A DNA stretch of 29,726 bases from assembly GCA_037441385.1 (NCBI GenBank), contig JBBISH010000085.1, positions 1 to 29,726 of the forward strand, written 5' to 3'. Position numbers and translations under genes: made by a program. Shown piece after piece: positions 1 through 9,900 of the stretch. The first letter of the stretch is position 1; every line of letters starts with the position of its first letter. The notes under the pieces were generated by a model. It worked only from the letters and a program-made list of their open reading frames with translations. It did no database searches and had not been told where the DNA came from. The stretch comes from Myxococcales bacterium (GTDB lineage Bacteria > Myxococcota_A > UBA9042).

Positions 1-141
1 GGCGCGGGCGGCGGCGGCGGCTCCAACTACGCCATGCCAGGCATCTCGGCAACGCTGAAACTAGGCGCGGGCGCGGGCGGCGGCGGTGTCGCGGCGGGTG
101 GCGGCGCCGGCTGGGTCAAGCTCACCTGGTACGCGCCGTGA
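1..141 (+). CDS. C-terminal fragment of a glycine-rich protein (5' end outside the window)
   Basis: Frame 1 is open from base 1: GAGGGGGSNYAMPGISATLKLGAGAGGGGVAAGGGAGWVKLTWYAP, ending at TGA 139-141. GGGGGSxY followed by a terminal beta-strand (GWVKLTW) is typical of Gly-rich extracellular domains. Not in the ORF track. Confidence 0.7.
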   Translation, partial: GAGGGGGSNYAMPGISATLKLGAGAGGGGVAAGGGAGWVKLTWYAP

Positions 142-167
142 TCCTTGCTTGGGGCGTCTTTGGTTGC

Positions 168-854
168 CTACTCGCCCTCTACTTGGCGGCGGTGGGCGTG
201 CAGTTCGGCCAGCGTGCGCTCCAGGTTCCCGGCCAAACGCTTCCAGGTTGCGAAATTAGCTCGGGCAATCTGCTGGGCGACGGAAATGCCGCTGTGCATC
301 GCTTCCAGGGCGGCCAAGGCCTGCTCCGGGGTCTCTAACTCGCTGACATCCAAATAGCACGCCTCGCCGCGCGTGCCGCGGATGCGGTCGACCAGAGTTC
401 GCCGCACCAACTGCACAGTCGGGTCGGGCGTGTGCCGCAAAAGACCGACCAAGCGCTCTGCGCTCTCTGTCCCGAAGGTCAGACCCGGATGAAAGGCCAC
501 AGAGTACATGCTGGGTTCTAGCCCATGGCGCTGCAAGGCCGCGGCGACCTGTTCGTTGGCGTCGCGAGTCAGGCGCTCCCACTGCATCGCCGTCCCGGGG
601 TACTCGGGCGCCACGACCAGCGCCGCGTCGAACTGGCTGGGATCCGCTCGTTGCAGGCCATCGATGGCCGCCAGCAAGGCCGCCGCCACGTCGGGACCGC
701 GCAGCAACTGGGTGCGAATCATGCCGTTTTCGCGCGCTGGTCGCGCGTAGGGGCACAGGTTGTGCTCTTCGACCACCTCGCGGAGATAGCGGTCGCTGCG
801 GGCGAGCACCGCTGCATCGCTGTTGGGGTTGGGGCAATCGTCGGGTTCCGCCAT
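168..854 (-). CDS. DUF1415-like protein
   Basis: From ATG 854 (MAEPDD...). Motifs VVEEHNLCPYA, VAFHP and RHTPDPTVQLVR match the DUF1415 pattern (NLCPFA/FHP/RSPYP). The longer ORF extension is antisense to prlC. Confidence 0.7.
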   Translation of the reverse strand: MAEPDDCPNPNSDAAVLARSDRYLREVVEEHNLCPYARPARENGMIRTQLLRGPDVAAALLAAIDGLQRADPSQFDAALVVAPEYPGTAMQWERLTRDANEQVAAALQRHGLEPSMYSVAFHPGLTFGTESAERLVGLLRHTPDPTVQLVRRTLVDRIRGTRGEACYLDVSELETPEQALAALEAMHSGISVAQQIARANFATWKRLAGNLERTLAELHAHRRQVEGE

Positions 855-974
855 AGACCCAACCTGCCGCAATCGGCCGCGTCGCGCAAGGGCATTCCTG
901 TGGCTGGCTGGGCATCTGCGGGCCGGCTCGCTATGCTGCCGCCACGGCGCAACTCCGTGCCGCGGCGATGGGCT

Positions 975-3071
975 ATGAACGCGACTGAGCACCTGGGCGA
1001 CAATCCACTTTTGAACTTTGCCGATCTGCCGCCTTTTGGCGCCCTTGCCGCGCACCACGTCGAGCCGGCCGTGCGCCAGGCGATCGCCAAGGCTCGCCAG
1101 GACTTGCGGGCGATCGAGGCACAGAGCGATCCCGATGGGCCCGCGCTTCTCCGCGACCTGGAACGCCTTCACGATGGGTTGGGTCGCGTTTGGGGCGCCG
1201 TCGAGCACTTGCTCAGCGTGGCCGACGAGCCGGCGCTGCGCCAGGCGCACGACGCCGTGCAGGGCGAGGTCATCGAAGTCAGCGTAGAGATTGCCCAAAG
1301 TCAGCCGATATTCCAGGCGGTGGTCGCGGTGCGCCAGCGGCCCGACTTTGCCCAGCTCAGCCCCGCCCAGCGCCGGGCGTTGGACCAACTGTGGTTGGAC
1401 GCTCGCCTCTCGGGCGCCGACTTGCAGGGCGATCAGCGCAAGGAATTCGCGGATTTACAGCAGCAACTGGCCGAGCTGGGCACGCGCTTTGGCCACCACG
1501 TGCTAGACGCGACCAAGGCCTGGCACTTGGACCTGACCGATCGGGTCGACGTGGCCGGTCTGCCGCCCAGCGCCCTGGACTTGGCCAGCCAGACTTGGCA
1601 ACAGGCTAATCCAACAGAGGTTTCCTCGCCGGACACCGGGCCTTGGCGAATCACGCTGGACGCCCCGAGCCTGCTGCCCGTGCTGCAACACGCCAAGAAG
1701 CGCTCGCTGCGCGAGCAGGTCTATCGCGCGCACGTGGTGAAGGCGAGCAGCGGCGAATTTGATAATACCGCGATCATCCAAGAGATTCTGACCCTACGCC
1801 AGCGCCAGGCCCAGCTGCTGGGCTACCCGGACTATGCCGCCTTGTCGCTGGCCACCAAGATGGCGCCGTCGTACGACGCGGTGACGCAGCTCTTGGAGCG
1901 CCTGCGGGTGGCCAGCTTTGGCGCCGGTCAGAAGGATCTCCAGGATTTGCGCGACTTTGCCCGCGATCAGGGCGCGGCCGAGGCGGCGGACTTGCAGCCC
2001 TGGGATATCAGCTTTTGGGCCGAGCGGTTGCGCGAGAGCCGCTATGACTACAGTGACGAAGCGCTGCGCCCGTACTTCCCGCTGCCCAAGGTGCTGGACG
2101 GCCTGTTTGCCTTGTGCCAGCGGCTGTTCGGCGTCCACGTGCGTGCCGCCGATGGCGAAGCGCCTGTGTGGCACCGCGACGTGCGCTTTTTCCGCATCCA
2201 CGCTGCCGACGGCCAGCCCGTGGCTGCCTTTTACTTGGATCCCTACAGCCGGCCGCAGACCAAGCGCGGCGGGGCTTGGATGAACGAATGCGTAGGCCGT
2301 TCAGAGGCTTTGGGGCTGCTCGGCCAGCCGCGGCTGCCGGTCGCCTACCTCATCTGCAACGGGACACCCCCGGTTGGCGAGCGGCCATCGCTGATGACGC
2401 TGAGCGAAGTCGAGACTTTGCTTCACGAATTTGGCCACGGCCTGCAGCATATGTTGACCCAGGTCGACTTGGGGCTGGTGTCCGGTATCCGCGGTATCGA
2501 GTGGGACGCCGTGGAGTTGCCCAGTCAATTCATGGAGAACTGGTGTCAGCATCGCCAGTCCCTGCAGGGCCTGTCGGCCCACGTCGATACGGGCGTGCCG
2601 CTGCCCGACGCTTTGTTCGATCGCGTCGCCGCGGCCCGCACCTACCGCGCCGGCTCGGACATGCTGCGGCAAATAAGCTTTGCGCTGACGGACTTGACGC
2701 TGCACCGCGACTTCGACCCCGCCACGCAGCGGGCCCAAGACGTGTACCGCCAGATCGCCGCGCGCACGTTGGTGGTGCAGCCCTTGGCCGAAGACCGCTT
2801 CCTTTGCGGGTTTTCGCACATCTTTGCTGGCGGTTACGCCGCTGGCTACTACAGCTACAAGTGGGCCGAGGTGCTGAGCGCCGATGCCTTTGCCCAGTTC
2901 GAGGCCGTGGGCCTGGACGACGCGGCGGCGGTGGCGGCCAAAGGCCGGCAGTTTGCGGCGACGGTGCTGGGCCTGGGCGGATCGCTGCCGCCGATGGAGG
3001 TGTTCCGCGCCTTTGCCGGCCGCGACCCCGACGAAAGGGCGCTGCTGCGCCACGCGGATCTGCTGACGTAG
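975..3071 (+). CDS. prlC: Oligopeptidase A (M3A metallopeptidase)
   Basis: N-terminal NPLL, KRGGAWM, zinc motif HEFGHGLQH, WDAVELPSQFMENW and FSHIFAGGYAAGYYSYKWAEVLSADAF. Start placed at ATG 975 (MNATEHLGDNPLL). Confidence 0.95.
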   Translation: MNATEHLGDNPLLNFADLPPFGALAAHHVEPAVRQAIAKARQDLRAIEAQSDPDGPALLRDLERLHDGLGRVWGAVEHLLSVADEPALRQAHDAVQGEVIEVSVEIAQSQPIFQAVVAVRQRPDFAQLSPAQRRALDQLWLDARLSGADLQGDQRKEFADLQQQLAELGTRFGHHVLDATKAWHLDLTDRVDVAGLPPSALDLASQTWQQANPTEVSSPDTGPWRITLDAPSLLPVLQHAKKRSLREQVYRAHVVKASSGEFDNTAIIQEILTLRQRQAQLLGYPDYAALSLATKMAPSYDAVTQLLERLRVASFGAGQKDLQDLRDFARDQGAAEAADLQPWDISFWAERLRESRYDYSDEALRPYFPLPKVLDGLFALCQRLFGVHVRAADGEAPVWHRDVRFFRIHAADGQPVAAFYLDPYSRPQTKRGGAWMNECVGRSEALGLLGQPRLPVAYLICNGTPPVGERPSLMTLSEVETLLHEFGHGLQHMLTQVDLGLVSGIRGIEWDAVELPSQFMENWCQHRQSLQGLSAHVDTGVPLPDALFDRVAAARTYRAGSDMLRQISFALTDLTLHRDFDPATQRAQDVYRQIAARTLVVQPLAEDRFLCGFSHIFAGGYAAGYYSYKWAEVLSADAFAQFEAVGLDDAAAVAAKGRQFAATVLGLGGSLPPMEVFRAFAGRDPDERALLRHADLLT

Positions 3072-3089
3072 TCCGCCGGCCTGCAGCCG

Positions 3090-3662
3090 CTACAGCGCTT
3101 GGGGACCAAAGCGCACTTGGACCGTGCCGCCTGTGTCGCTGACGATGGGCGCCCGCAAGTCTGGCTTGGACTTTTGCAGGCAGGCGGCCACATCGGCCGG
3201 GACGCCGTGGACCTGTAGCTCGAACAGCCCCGATTGCCCCACCTCCAGGCCCGCGATCAGAGCGAATTCCGCGTCGATCGGCGCGGTGGCTGTGGCACCG
3301 CAGCGCTGCAGGGCTTGCCACAGCACCTCCGCGGCAGCCCGCCCAGCGCTGGGATTCAGGGTGCCGCCTGCCTTCAGCAGCGCAATCGGCGCACTTGGCG
3401 GCGCATCGGCCAGGGGTTCGGCAATCGGAGCGGCGATCGGCGGCAGGTGGCCAGGGGTGCGCAACGGGTTCGGCTCATCCGCTTCGGCGGCCGGCGCCAG
3501 TTCTTTGCCACTCGGGTCAGCGCCCCGGTCACGGGGGAATTGGCTTGGCACCAACTTGGGTTGTGGCCTCTGTGGCTTAGGGGGCGTACGCTCGCGCCAC
3601 TCCCACGCCGCCCACGCCAGCACCGCCAACGCCAGCGCGGCTACTAGCGCGGCTCGTCGCAT
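3090..3662 (-). CDS. Membrane-anchored hypothetical protein with Pro-rich linker and possible AgmX/PglI (TonB-C-like) C-terminal domain
   Basis: N-terminal hydrophobic helix AALVAALALAVLAWAAW, Pro-rich linker, and a C-terminal domain with paired Cys (LQRCG...VAACLQ) ending in a beta-strand (GGTVQVRF). Confidence 0.6.
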   Translation of the reverse strand: MRRAALVAALALAVLAWAAWEWRERTPPKPQRPQPKLVPSQFPRDRGADPSGKELAPAAEADEPNPLRTPGHLPPIAAPIAEPLADAPPSAPIALLKAGGTLNPSAGRAAAEVLWQALQRCGATATAPIDAEFALIAGLEVGQSGLFELQVHGVPADVAACLQKSKPDLRAPIVSDTGGTVQVRFGPQAL

Positions 3663-3683
3663 CGGTTGACTCGGCCGCACCGG

Positions 3684-4835
3684 CTACGGACAAGCCGCCT
3701 GGCAAGAGGCCTGGTCGGCAAAGATGTTGGCGCAATAGCTGCCGCAGCCGCAGCCGCTCATCATCACGCATTTGCTGCCGTCGTAGCCCCAGCCGACCAC
3801 CATGTCGCACATGCCCAGCGCGCCGGGGGCGATGGTGGCACAGGTCTTGGCCTTGCACGTCCCGGGCTTGTCCGCGATCAGGCACTTGGCGCCGCATGGA
3901 CACACGCCGGGCGCGGCACAGATCTCGCCCTTGGCGCACTCGGCGTCGGTCCAGCACTGGCCGGCTTTGAGTTCAGACAGCGATTTGCACATGTCCTTGT
4001 CGGCCACGCAGACCTGGCCGGTCCCGCATGGGCCGCTGCTGCAGCAAATGGGCCCGGCGGACCCGCAGGTACCCGGCTTGTCGGCCACCAAGCACATGGC
4101 GCCGCACGGGCAGATGCTGGCGCCGTTGCAGGGGCCGCCGCCGCAGTCCGAGTCGCTCCAACATTGGCCGGCCATCAAGGTGCCGCTGTCCTTGCATACG
4201 CCGCCCACGCAGGCTTCGCCCTTGCCGCAGGGGCCGCCGCAGCAGGTCTCGCTGGTAGCGCAGACGCCTGGGTGCGAGGCCTGGTTGCAGTCCGCGGTGC
4301 ACGGGCAGACAAACGCGTTCAGGCAGGCCAGGCCGCCGCAGTCCTCTTTGGTCCAGCAGGCGCCGGCTTTGGCGGGTGGCAGGCAGTCCAAACCTTCAAC
4401 GCATTGGCTGCCGGCGGGGCAGCCTTGACCGCCCAGGTTGCAGCAGCCGCCCGCCGTGTCGGGCTGGATGTCTTGCGGGGCATCGGGTGTGGCGTCTGGT
4501 GCGGCATCGGGGCTGCTGGAGTCGCCCGACGTGTCCGTGCTGGCGTCGACCACCGCATCCGCCACTGCGTCGGCCACCGTGTCCAGTTGCGCATCGGCGG
4601 TCGTGTCGCCCAGCGTGTCGGCGCCGACGTCACCCTGACCGTCGCTCACGGCGTCGGCCGCGGCCGTGTCACTTGCGCTGGTGTCGCTAGTCGCCGTGTC
4701 CGCGACCGCTGTGTCGTTGGCCGTCCCATCGGCGGCCACCGAGCTGTCCGTCGGGCCCTTGCCCGAGCTTGCCGGCGCTGCTTCGCAACCCACGACCAAA
4801 ACCAGCGCGGTCATCCACGATTGCCATGCCCTCAT
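3684..4835 (-). CDS. Cys-rich lipoprotein: Asp/Thr/Ala linker, three 12-Cys repeats, C-terminal Kunitz-like domain
   Basis: Signal peptide with lipobox VVG-C. Low-complexity DTA region, then three repeats containing GxCW...C...CPCxAxC...PGxC. Ends GMCDMVVGWGYDGSKC...SGC...NIF...C...C. Confidence 0.8.
   Translation of the reverse strand: MRAWQSWMTALVLVVGCEAAPASSGKGPTDSSVAADGTANDTAVADTATSDTSASDTAAADAVSDGQGDVGADTLGDTTADAQLDTVADAVADAVVDASTDTSGDSSSPDAAPDATPDAPQDIQPDTAGGCCNLGGQGCPAGSQCVEGLDCLPPAKAGACWTKEDCGGLACLNAFVCPCTADCNQASHPGVCATSETCCGGPCGKGEACVGGVCKDSGTLMAGQCWSDSDCGGGPCNGASICPCGAMCLVADKPGTCGSAGPICCSSGPCGTGQVCVADKDMCKSLSELKAGQCWTDAECAKGEICAAPGVCPCGAKCLIADKPGTCKAKTCATIAPGALGMCDMVVGWGYDGSKCVMMSGCGCGSYCANIFADQASCQAACP
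3855..4445 (-). repeat. Three tandem ~60-65 aa Cys-rich repeats within the lipoprotein (approximate limits)
   Basis: GACWTKEDC..CPCTADC..HPGVC / GQCWSDSDC..CPCGAMCLVADKPGTC / GQCWTDAEC..CPCGAKCLIADKPGTC. Confidence 0.85.
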
Positions 4836-4969
4836 CGCGTACCTCCCACTTGGCCACCCCATGCGGCAACAGAATAGCACCAACGCGTGCCGGCTGCCGC
4901 AGTCGCCGCGGCGACGGGCAGGGCGTACACTGCCAGACCGCGGCGTCGTGAGCCGCGCGGGCCTGGTCT

Positions 4970-6214
4970 ATGAATTTGAATTTCATTGCGATCGGCGACG
5001 AGGTCCTGCGCGGCGAGACGCGCGAGGGCAACGGCGCGGTGCTGGCCGATCTCCTGCAGCAGCGCGGTCTGCAACTGCATGGCACGCAGGTGATTGGCGA
5101 TGATTTTTCCAGCATTCGTCAGGGTTTGCTCGCCTTGGCCGTTGAGCCGACGATCCTCGTCATCAGCGGCGGCCTGGGCCCCACCGACGACGATTTGACT
5201 CGCGCGGCCGTAGCGGCGGCCGCGGGCGTTGCGATCGCGCGCAATCAAGGAGCCGAGCGGACCCTCCGCGAGCGATTCCAGGCGCTGGGCCGAACCATGG
5301 ATCCCAGCAATCTGCGTCAAGCCGATCTGCCCGTTGGCGCGGAATTGCTCGCCAACCGCCAGGGGACCGCCCCAGGGTTTACCATGCAGGTCGGCGCGTT
5401 GCACCTGATGGCCCTGCCTGGGGTGCCGCGCGAGTTCGCCGCCATGCTCGCCGATCACCTGCAGCCGTGGTTGACTCGCTTGGGCCTGGCCTCGCAGCCG
5501 CGCGCAGAGGCGACCTTCCGCTTGTTCGGCGTGACGGAAAGCGACATGCAAGGTCGCCTGAGCCGGCTGCCTCACTACGCCGCGGCCACCATGCGCTCGC
5601 TGCCCACCTGGCCCGAGATTCGTTTGGAGCTGGCCGCACGCGACGATCTGGCGGCTTTCGAGCAGCTGCGGGCCGAGGTGCGCGCCGACCTGCACCGCTC
5701 GATCTACAGCGAGCGGCGCGACCAGAGCTATGGCGTGGCCCTGTTGGAGCAGTTGCGCGCGCAGAACGCGACGGTGGCGGTGGCAGAATCGTGCACGGGC
5801 GGCCAGATCGCCGCGCTCCTTACCGCCGAGGCGGGCGCTAGTCAGTCCGTCCTGCTGGGCGTCGTGGCCTACGCCAACGCGGCCAAGACCGCCGTGCTGG
5901 GTGTCTCTCCGGCCCTCCTTGACGAACATGGCGCCGTGTCCGAGCCCGTCGCGCGGGCCATGGCCGAGGGCGTGCGACAAGTGGCGGACGCCGACTTTGC
6001 TGTGGCTACAAGCGGAGTTGCCGGGCCAGATGGCGGCACCGATTCCAAACCGGTCGGCACTTTGTGCCTGGGGTTGGCCTGGCGCGGCGGCAGTCAGGCC
6101 CGCACGCTGACCTTGCGCCACATGGACCGCGCTCGCTTCCAACGCTTGGCCACTTTCCAGGCTTTGGAGTGGCTGCGGCGGCGTTTGCTCGGCGTGGACG
6201 ACCGCGCCGGCTAG
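4970..6214 (+). CDS. cinA: CinA: MoCF-binding/ADP-ribose pyrophosphatase-like domain fused to NMN deamidase (PncC)
   Basis: IAIGDEVLRG..N, SGGLGPTDDDLTR, GTAPG, LPGVPRE, AESCTGG, HGAVSE, SGVAGPDGGT..KPVGT. Confidence 0.95.
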   Translation: MNLNFIAIGDEVLRGETREGNGAVLADLLQQRGLQLHGTQVIGDDFSSIRQGLLALAVEPTILVISGGLGPTDDDLTRAAVAAAAGVAIARNQGAERTLRERFQALGRTMDPSNLRQADLPVGAELLANRQGTAPGFTMQVGALHLMALPGVPREFAAMLADHLQPWLTRLGLASQPRAEATFRLFGVTESDMQGRLSRLPHYAAATMRSLPTWPEIRLELAARDDLAAFEQLRAEVRADLHRSIYSERRDQSYGVALLEQLRAQNATVAVAESCTGGQIAALLTAEAGASQSVLLGVVAYANAAKTAVLGVSPALLDEHGAVSEPVARAMAEGVRQVADADFAVATSGVAGPDGGTDSKPVGTLCLGLAWRGGSQARTLTLRHMDRARFQRLATFQALEWLRRRLLGVDDRAG

Positions 6215-6377
6215 CGCGAACGCCACCTGCTTCACACCTCTGCCGCCTGACCGACCCGGTCTGCAACCAGCGAGAATCAGGCGGGGACCTCGGCTCGGGC
6301 CCGAAGAATTGTCAGGCTTTCCGGGCCGAATCAAACGGATTCTGGCTGGCGATGCCATCGGCCTCGCAGCCACTGCT

Positions 6378-6743
6378 CTACTGGACATCCAACGACTCGG
6401 TCGCGTCGGCGGCCAACGCCGTGGCATCGGCGGCCAGTTCCGTGGCATCCGCCGGCAACCCGCTGTCCCACGGCGCCATGTCGGCGGTGGATGCATCGGC
6501 GGCCGACATGTCGGGACCCGAGATCGCGTCGTCGGCGGCGACCCCGCCGGTGGTCGCGTCGCTGTTGAACTGCTGGTTGGTGCCGGCGTCTTTGTCCGTG
6601 GTGGGCGTCTCTTCGGTCTTGCCGCCGCCCCCTTTGTCCGAACTGCTGGGTGAAACGGGGGTCGGCACGGGGTTGACCACGCAGCCGCACAGGACCACGC
6701 CCAACACCAGTCCCAGCCTTGTCATTGCGGCGCCCCAGCCCAT
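6378..6743 (-). CDS. Small low-complexity lipoprotein
   Basis: Hydrophobic signal LGLVLGVVLCG-C, then VVNPVPTP and an acidic Asp/Ala/Thr tail with ADATELA/ADATALA/ADATESL repeats. Start is ATG 6743 (GAGGA upstream) or ATG 6725. Confidence 0.7.
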   Translation of the reverse strand: MGWGAAMTRLGLVLGVVLCGCVVNPVPTPVSPSSSDKGGGGKTEETPTTDKDAGTNQQFNSDATTGGVAADDAISGPDMSAADASTADMAPWDSGLPADATELAADATALAADATESLDVQ

Positions 6744-6799
6744 CCTCGTCCTCGCACCCGCGTGCCTCTGCGGGCATTCCCACGGCCGGCCTCCAGTAT

Positions 6800-6816
6800 T
6801 TCAAGGTTTGTGCCAA
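6800..6816 (-). promoter_or_regulatory. Sigma54-like -24/-12 promoter facing the small lipoprotein gene
   Basis: Minus strand reads TTGGCACAAACCTTGAA, against consensus TGGCACG-N4-TTGCW. GG-N10 spacing is correct; the -12 element is GA instead of GC. Confidence 0.55.
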
Positions 6817-6924
6817 ATGTCCCGCGCCCGCGGTGCGATCGAGTGGTCTCGCTCAACTCGGTAAAATCAATGGATCTTGTTGCAGGCGCACCGTGCGGCC
6901 AGGAGCATCCCGCCGACGAGTAGT

Positions 6925-6960
6925 TGTTGAAATTTTCAGCACACGTAGAGATAATCCACA
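6925..6960. promoter_or_regulatory. Tandem imperfect palindromes, candidate bEBP upstream activator sequences
   Basis: TGTTGAAATTTTCAGCA (6925-6941) and CGTAGAGATAATCCACA (6944-6960), both TGT-N11-ACA-like and AT-rich, ~145-165 bp upstream of the predicted sigma54 start. Confidence 0.5.
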
Positions 6961-6983
6961 CTCCCCCTACCCGCGAGGCTGTG

Positions 6984-9900
6984 ATGGCGACTGCGCACCC
7001 GAACAATCCAGAGGCCGTGGCGGCGCTTGTGGCGTGCTGGCAGCCGACGCGGCGCTTGGCCCAGGGCGGTGGCGGCGAGGTCTGGCTGGCTCGGCGGCGC
7101 GGCGAAACGACCGAGGACTGGGTGATCAAGTACGCCAGCACGCCCGATTTGATGGCCGCGCTGGCCCGCGAGTGGCGCGCCCTGCACGCGATCGCCCTGC
7201 CGCTGTTGCCCGAGCCGGCGTGGTGGGCGCCGCTGGGGCCAAATCAAGCGGCGTTGGTGCTCCGGCGCGTTGCCGGTCAGCCTTTGGACCAGGGCCTGCG
7301 CGGGGCCACCTCTGGGCAAGTTCGCGAAGTGCTGATCGAATTGCTGCGGAGTCTGGCGGTCATCCACGCCGCCGGGTGGGTGCACGGCGACCTGCATCCG
7401 GGGAACATCCTGCTCACGCGATTGGGCGAACGCGCGCACGTGCACGTGCTGGACCTGGGCCTGGCCGACCGCGCGGGCGACCCGGTGCGCGGGCCGGGCC
7501 TTTTGGCTTGCGCTGCCCCAGATCGGCTGCGATCTGGCACCGCTGACCCGCGCGACGACCTGTTTTCACTGGCTTTGGCTGTGTGGCAAGCGTGGCGCGG
7601 TGCCGAGCTTTGGCCCGGCTATCCGCTGCGCATGCCGGCGGTGGGCACGCAACCTGAACTCGCGATCGGCGAGGGAAGCGCTGCGGAACGCGCACTGGTC
7701 GACTTGCTGCGCGCCATGGCCGCCATCGACCGCAGCCATCGGCCGCAAACCGCAGAGGCCGCGCTGACTTGGCTCGATGCCGCCGGGTCGGATGGCGAGC
7801 GCTGGGGTCGGGTTCTGGTCGAGGCCTCGCGCCGTCCGCGGCTCGACTTGCCCGCGGTGGAGCAGTTCGAGGCCCAGCACGCGGAGGCGCCGGTAGCCTG
7901 GGCGCTCGGGCCGATCGACGAGGAAAATGCCGTTGCTGTGCGCAGTTGGCTAACCTTGGCGGCCACGCGCTCGCAGACGCTGGCTTGGCTGGCGGCCGAC
8001 GCCGCGGACGGCGCCCTGTTGATGGCGCCCAACGCGTGCCGTGCGTGGCATGGGCCGGCGGCGCGCCAGCCGGCCGTCTTGGGCGATGGGGCCGCGCAAC
8101 TTGGTTTGGCGGCAAGGACTTGGCTGGTCGAGCAGTTGGCGGGGCTGGGGCAAGCCGGTGTGCTGGTGGCCGGACCGGTCGACGCTCTGCCGCCGCCGTT
8201 GGCCTGGGCCGTGCGGCACTGGGACGCGACGGGCGGGTGGCAACTGCGCGCCGCCGCTACTGCCACTCAGGCCAGCGATCCGGTGTGGTCGCGGCCGGGC
8301 TGTCAGGCGCCCGAACTGGCCCGTTGGCTCGCATCGGCTGTCGGCGGTCGGCGCTGGGACGGTGCCCTGGTCGAGCATCTGGCCCTGGCGACAGGCGGGC
8401 GGCTGCCCCTGGCGGCCGAGGCGGTGGCGGAGCTGTTGCAGCGCGGCCAGTTGCTTTGGCATCCGGGCGAAGTCGCGGCGGCTGCGGCGGACGTGGAAGC
8501 GGCAGTGGCGGCAGCGGTTTCGGCCGTGCAACATCCCGATCTGCCGGCTTCTGCCCATTGGCCACTGCTGGCGTGGCTGGCGGCCGCAGGCCATGCGGTG
8601 GCGGGCGAGTCGGTCGCTGAATTGGGCCTGCGGGTACCCGACCACCTGGACGGCGATCTGGCGGCCTGGCTGTGGCGGGATGGGGCGGGTAGTCTGCAAC
8701 TGCGCAGTACGGCTAGTCAAAGCCGGATCCATGCCGAGCTGCCGGCGCAAATGGTGGCCCAAGCTCTCCGCGTCGCAGCCGGCCGTGCGCGCCACCCGGC
8801 CGAGCAGGCGATCCTCCGCGTCAAGGCTTGGCAACGCGACGGCCAGCTCTTGCCGGGCGCCGACGAAATTGCCATGGCGGTCGAGTCGCTCCAGCAGCGC
8901 GGCGCTTCGCAGGCGGTGATGGCGCTGGCGGCGACGTGGCTGCCCAACTGGCGCGAGCTGTCCGACCCTCGGCTCCCGCGCATCGCGGCGGCGTGGCTGC
9001 GGGCCGTGGCAGACGGTGGCAACCTGGCCGAAGCCGCCGATCTGGCCCACCACTGGCCGGCGGCGTGGTCCAACGAGGCGGCCCTGGCTTTGGCACGCGC
9101 CGAAGTGGCCTTTCGCGCGGGCGATTACCCCACCTGCCGGGCGCAGGCGGAGGCCATCCTGCAGCGCGACCCCCAACAGCCAGAGGCGTGGCTTTGGCTA
9201 GCGTTTGCAGCCACTTGGCAGGGCGATCGTCAAGCAGCGCAACCGGCCATGGTCCGCGCGGCGGCGCTGGCGGCTCCGGGCGGCGACACCGCCGATTTGC
9301 TCGACTACTTGCAGGGTTTGCACGAGTACTACGCCGGGCAGCTGGATCCGGCCGAACAGCGCCTGCGCGCACTGCTGCAGCGGTCCCGCCCTGGGCTGTG
9401 GCCGGCGGTGCAAGGGGCGCTGGGGCTCGTGGCGCACCGCCGCGGCGATCTGAGCGGGGCTCGCCAGCACTATGGACTGGCCGCGACGCTGGCCCAGGCG
9501 CAAGGGGACCGCACGCGCGCGCTGAACATGGCCATGAACCTTGCCGTGATCGATCACGAATCGGGCGAGTTGGGGGCGGCGCTGGCTGGCTACCGGCGCG
9601 TGATCGACTTGGCCGAGCAAAATGGCAACCCAGGGGCGGCCGCGCGGGCCAAGACGAACCGTGGCAACCTTCTGGCATCGCTGGGACTTTTGGACGCCGC
9701 CTTGGGCGACCTGACGGCGGCCGTGCCGTTTTGGCAAGAAGTGGGCAACCACCACCTGCTGGGCAACGCGCTGTGCGTCCTGGGCGAAATTGCCCGGCGG
9801 CAGGGGCGCGCTGGGCACGCGGCCGAACTGCTGGAGCGCGCGGATCGGGCCCTGGAAGAGGCCGGGGCGGTGACCGAGCGGCTGGAAATCCAGATCGAGC

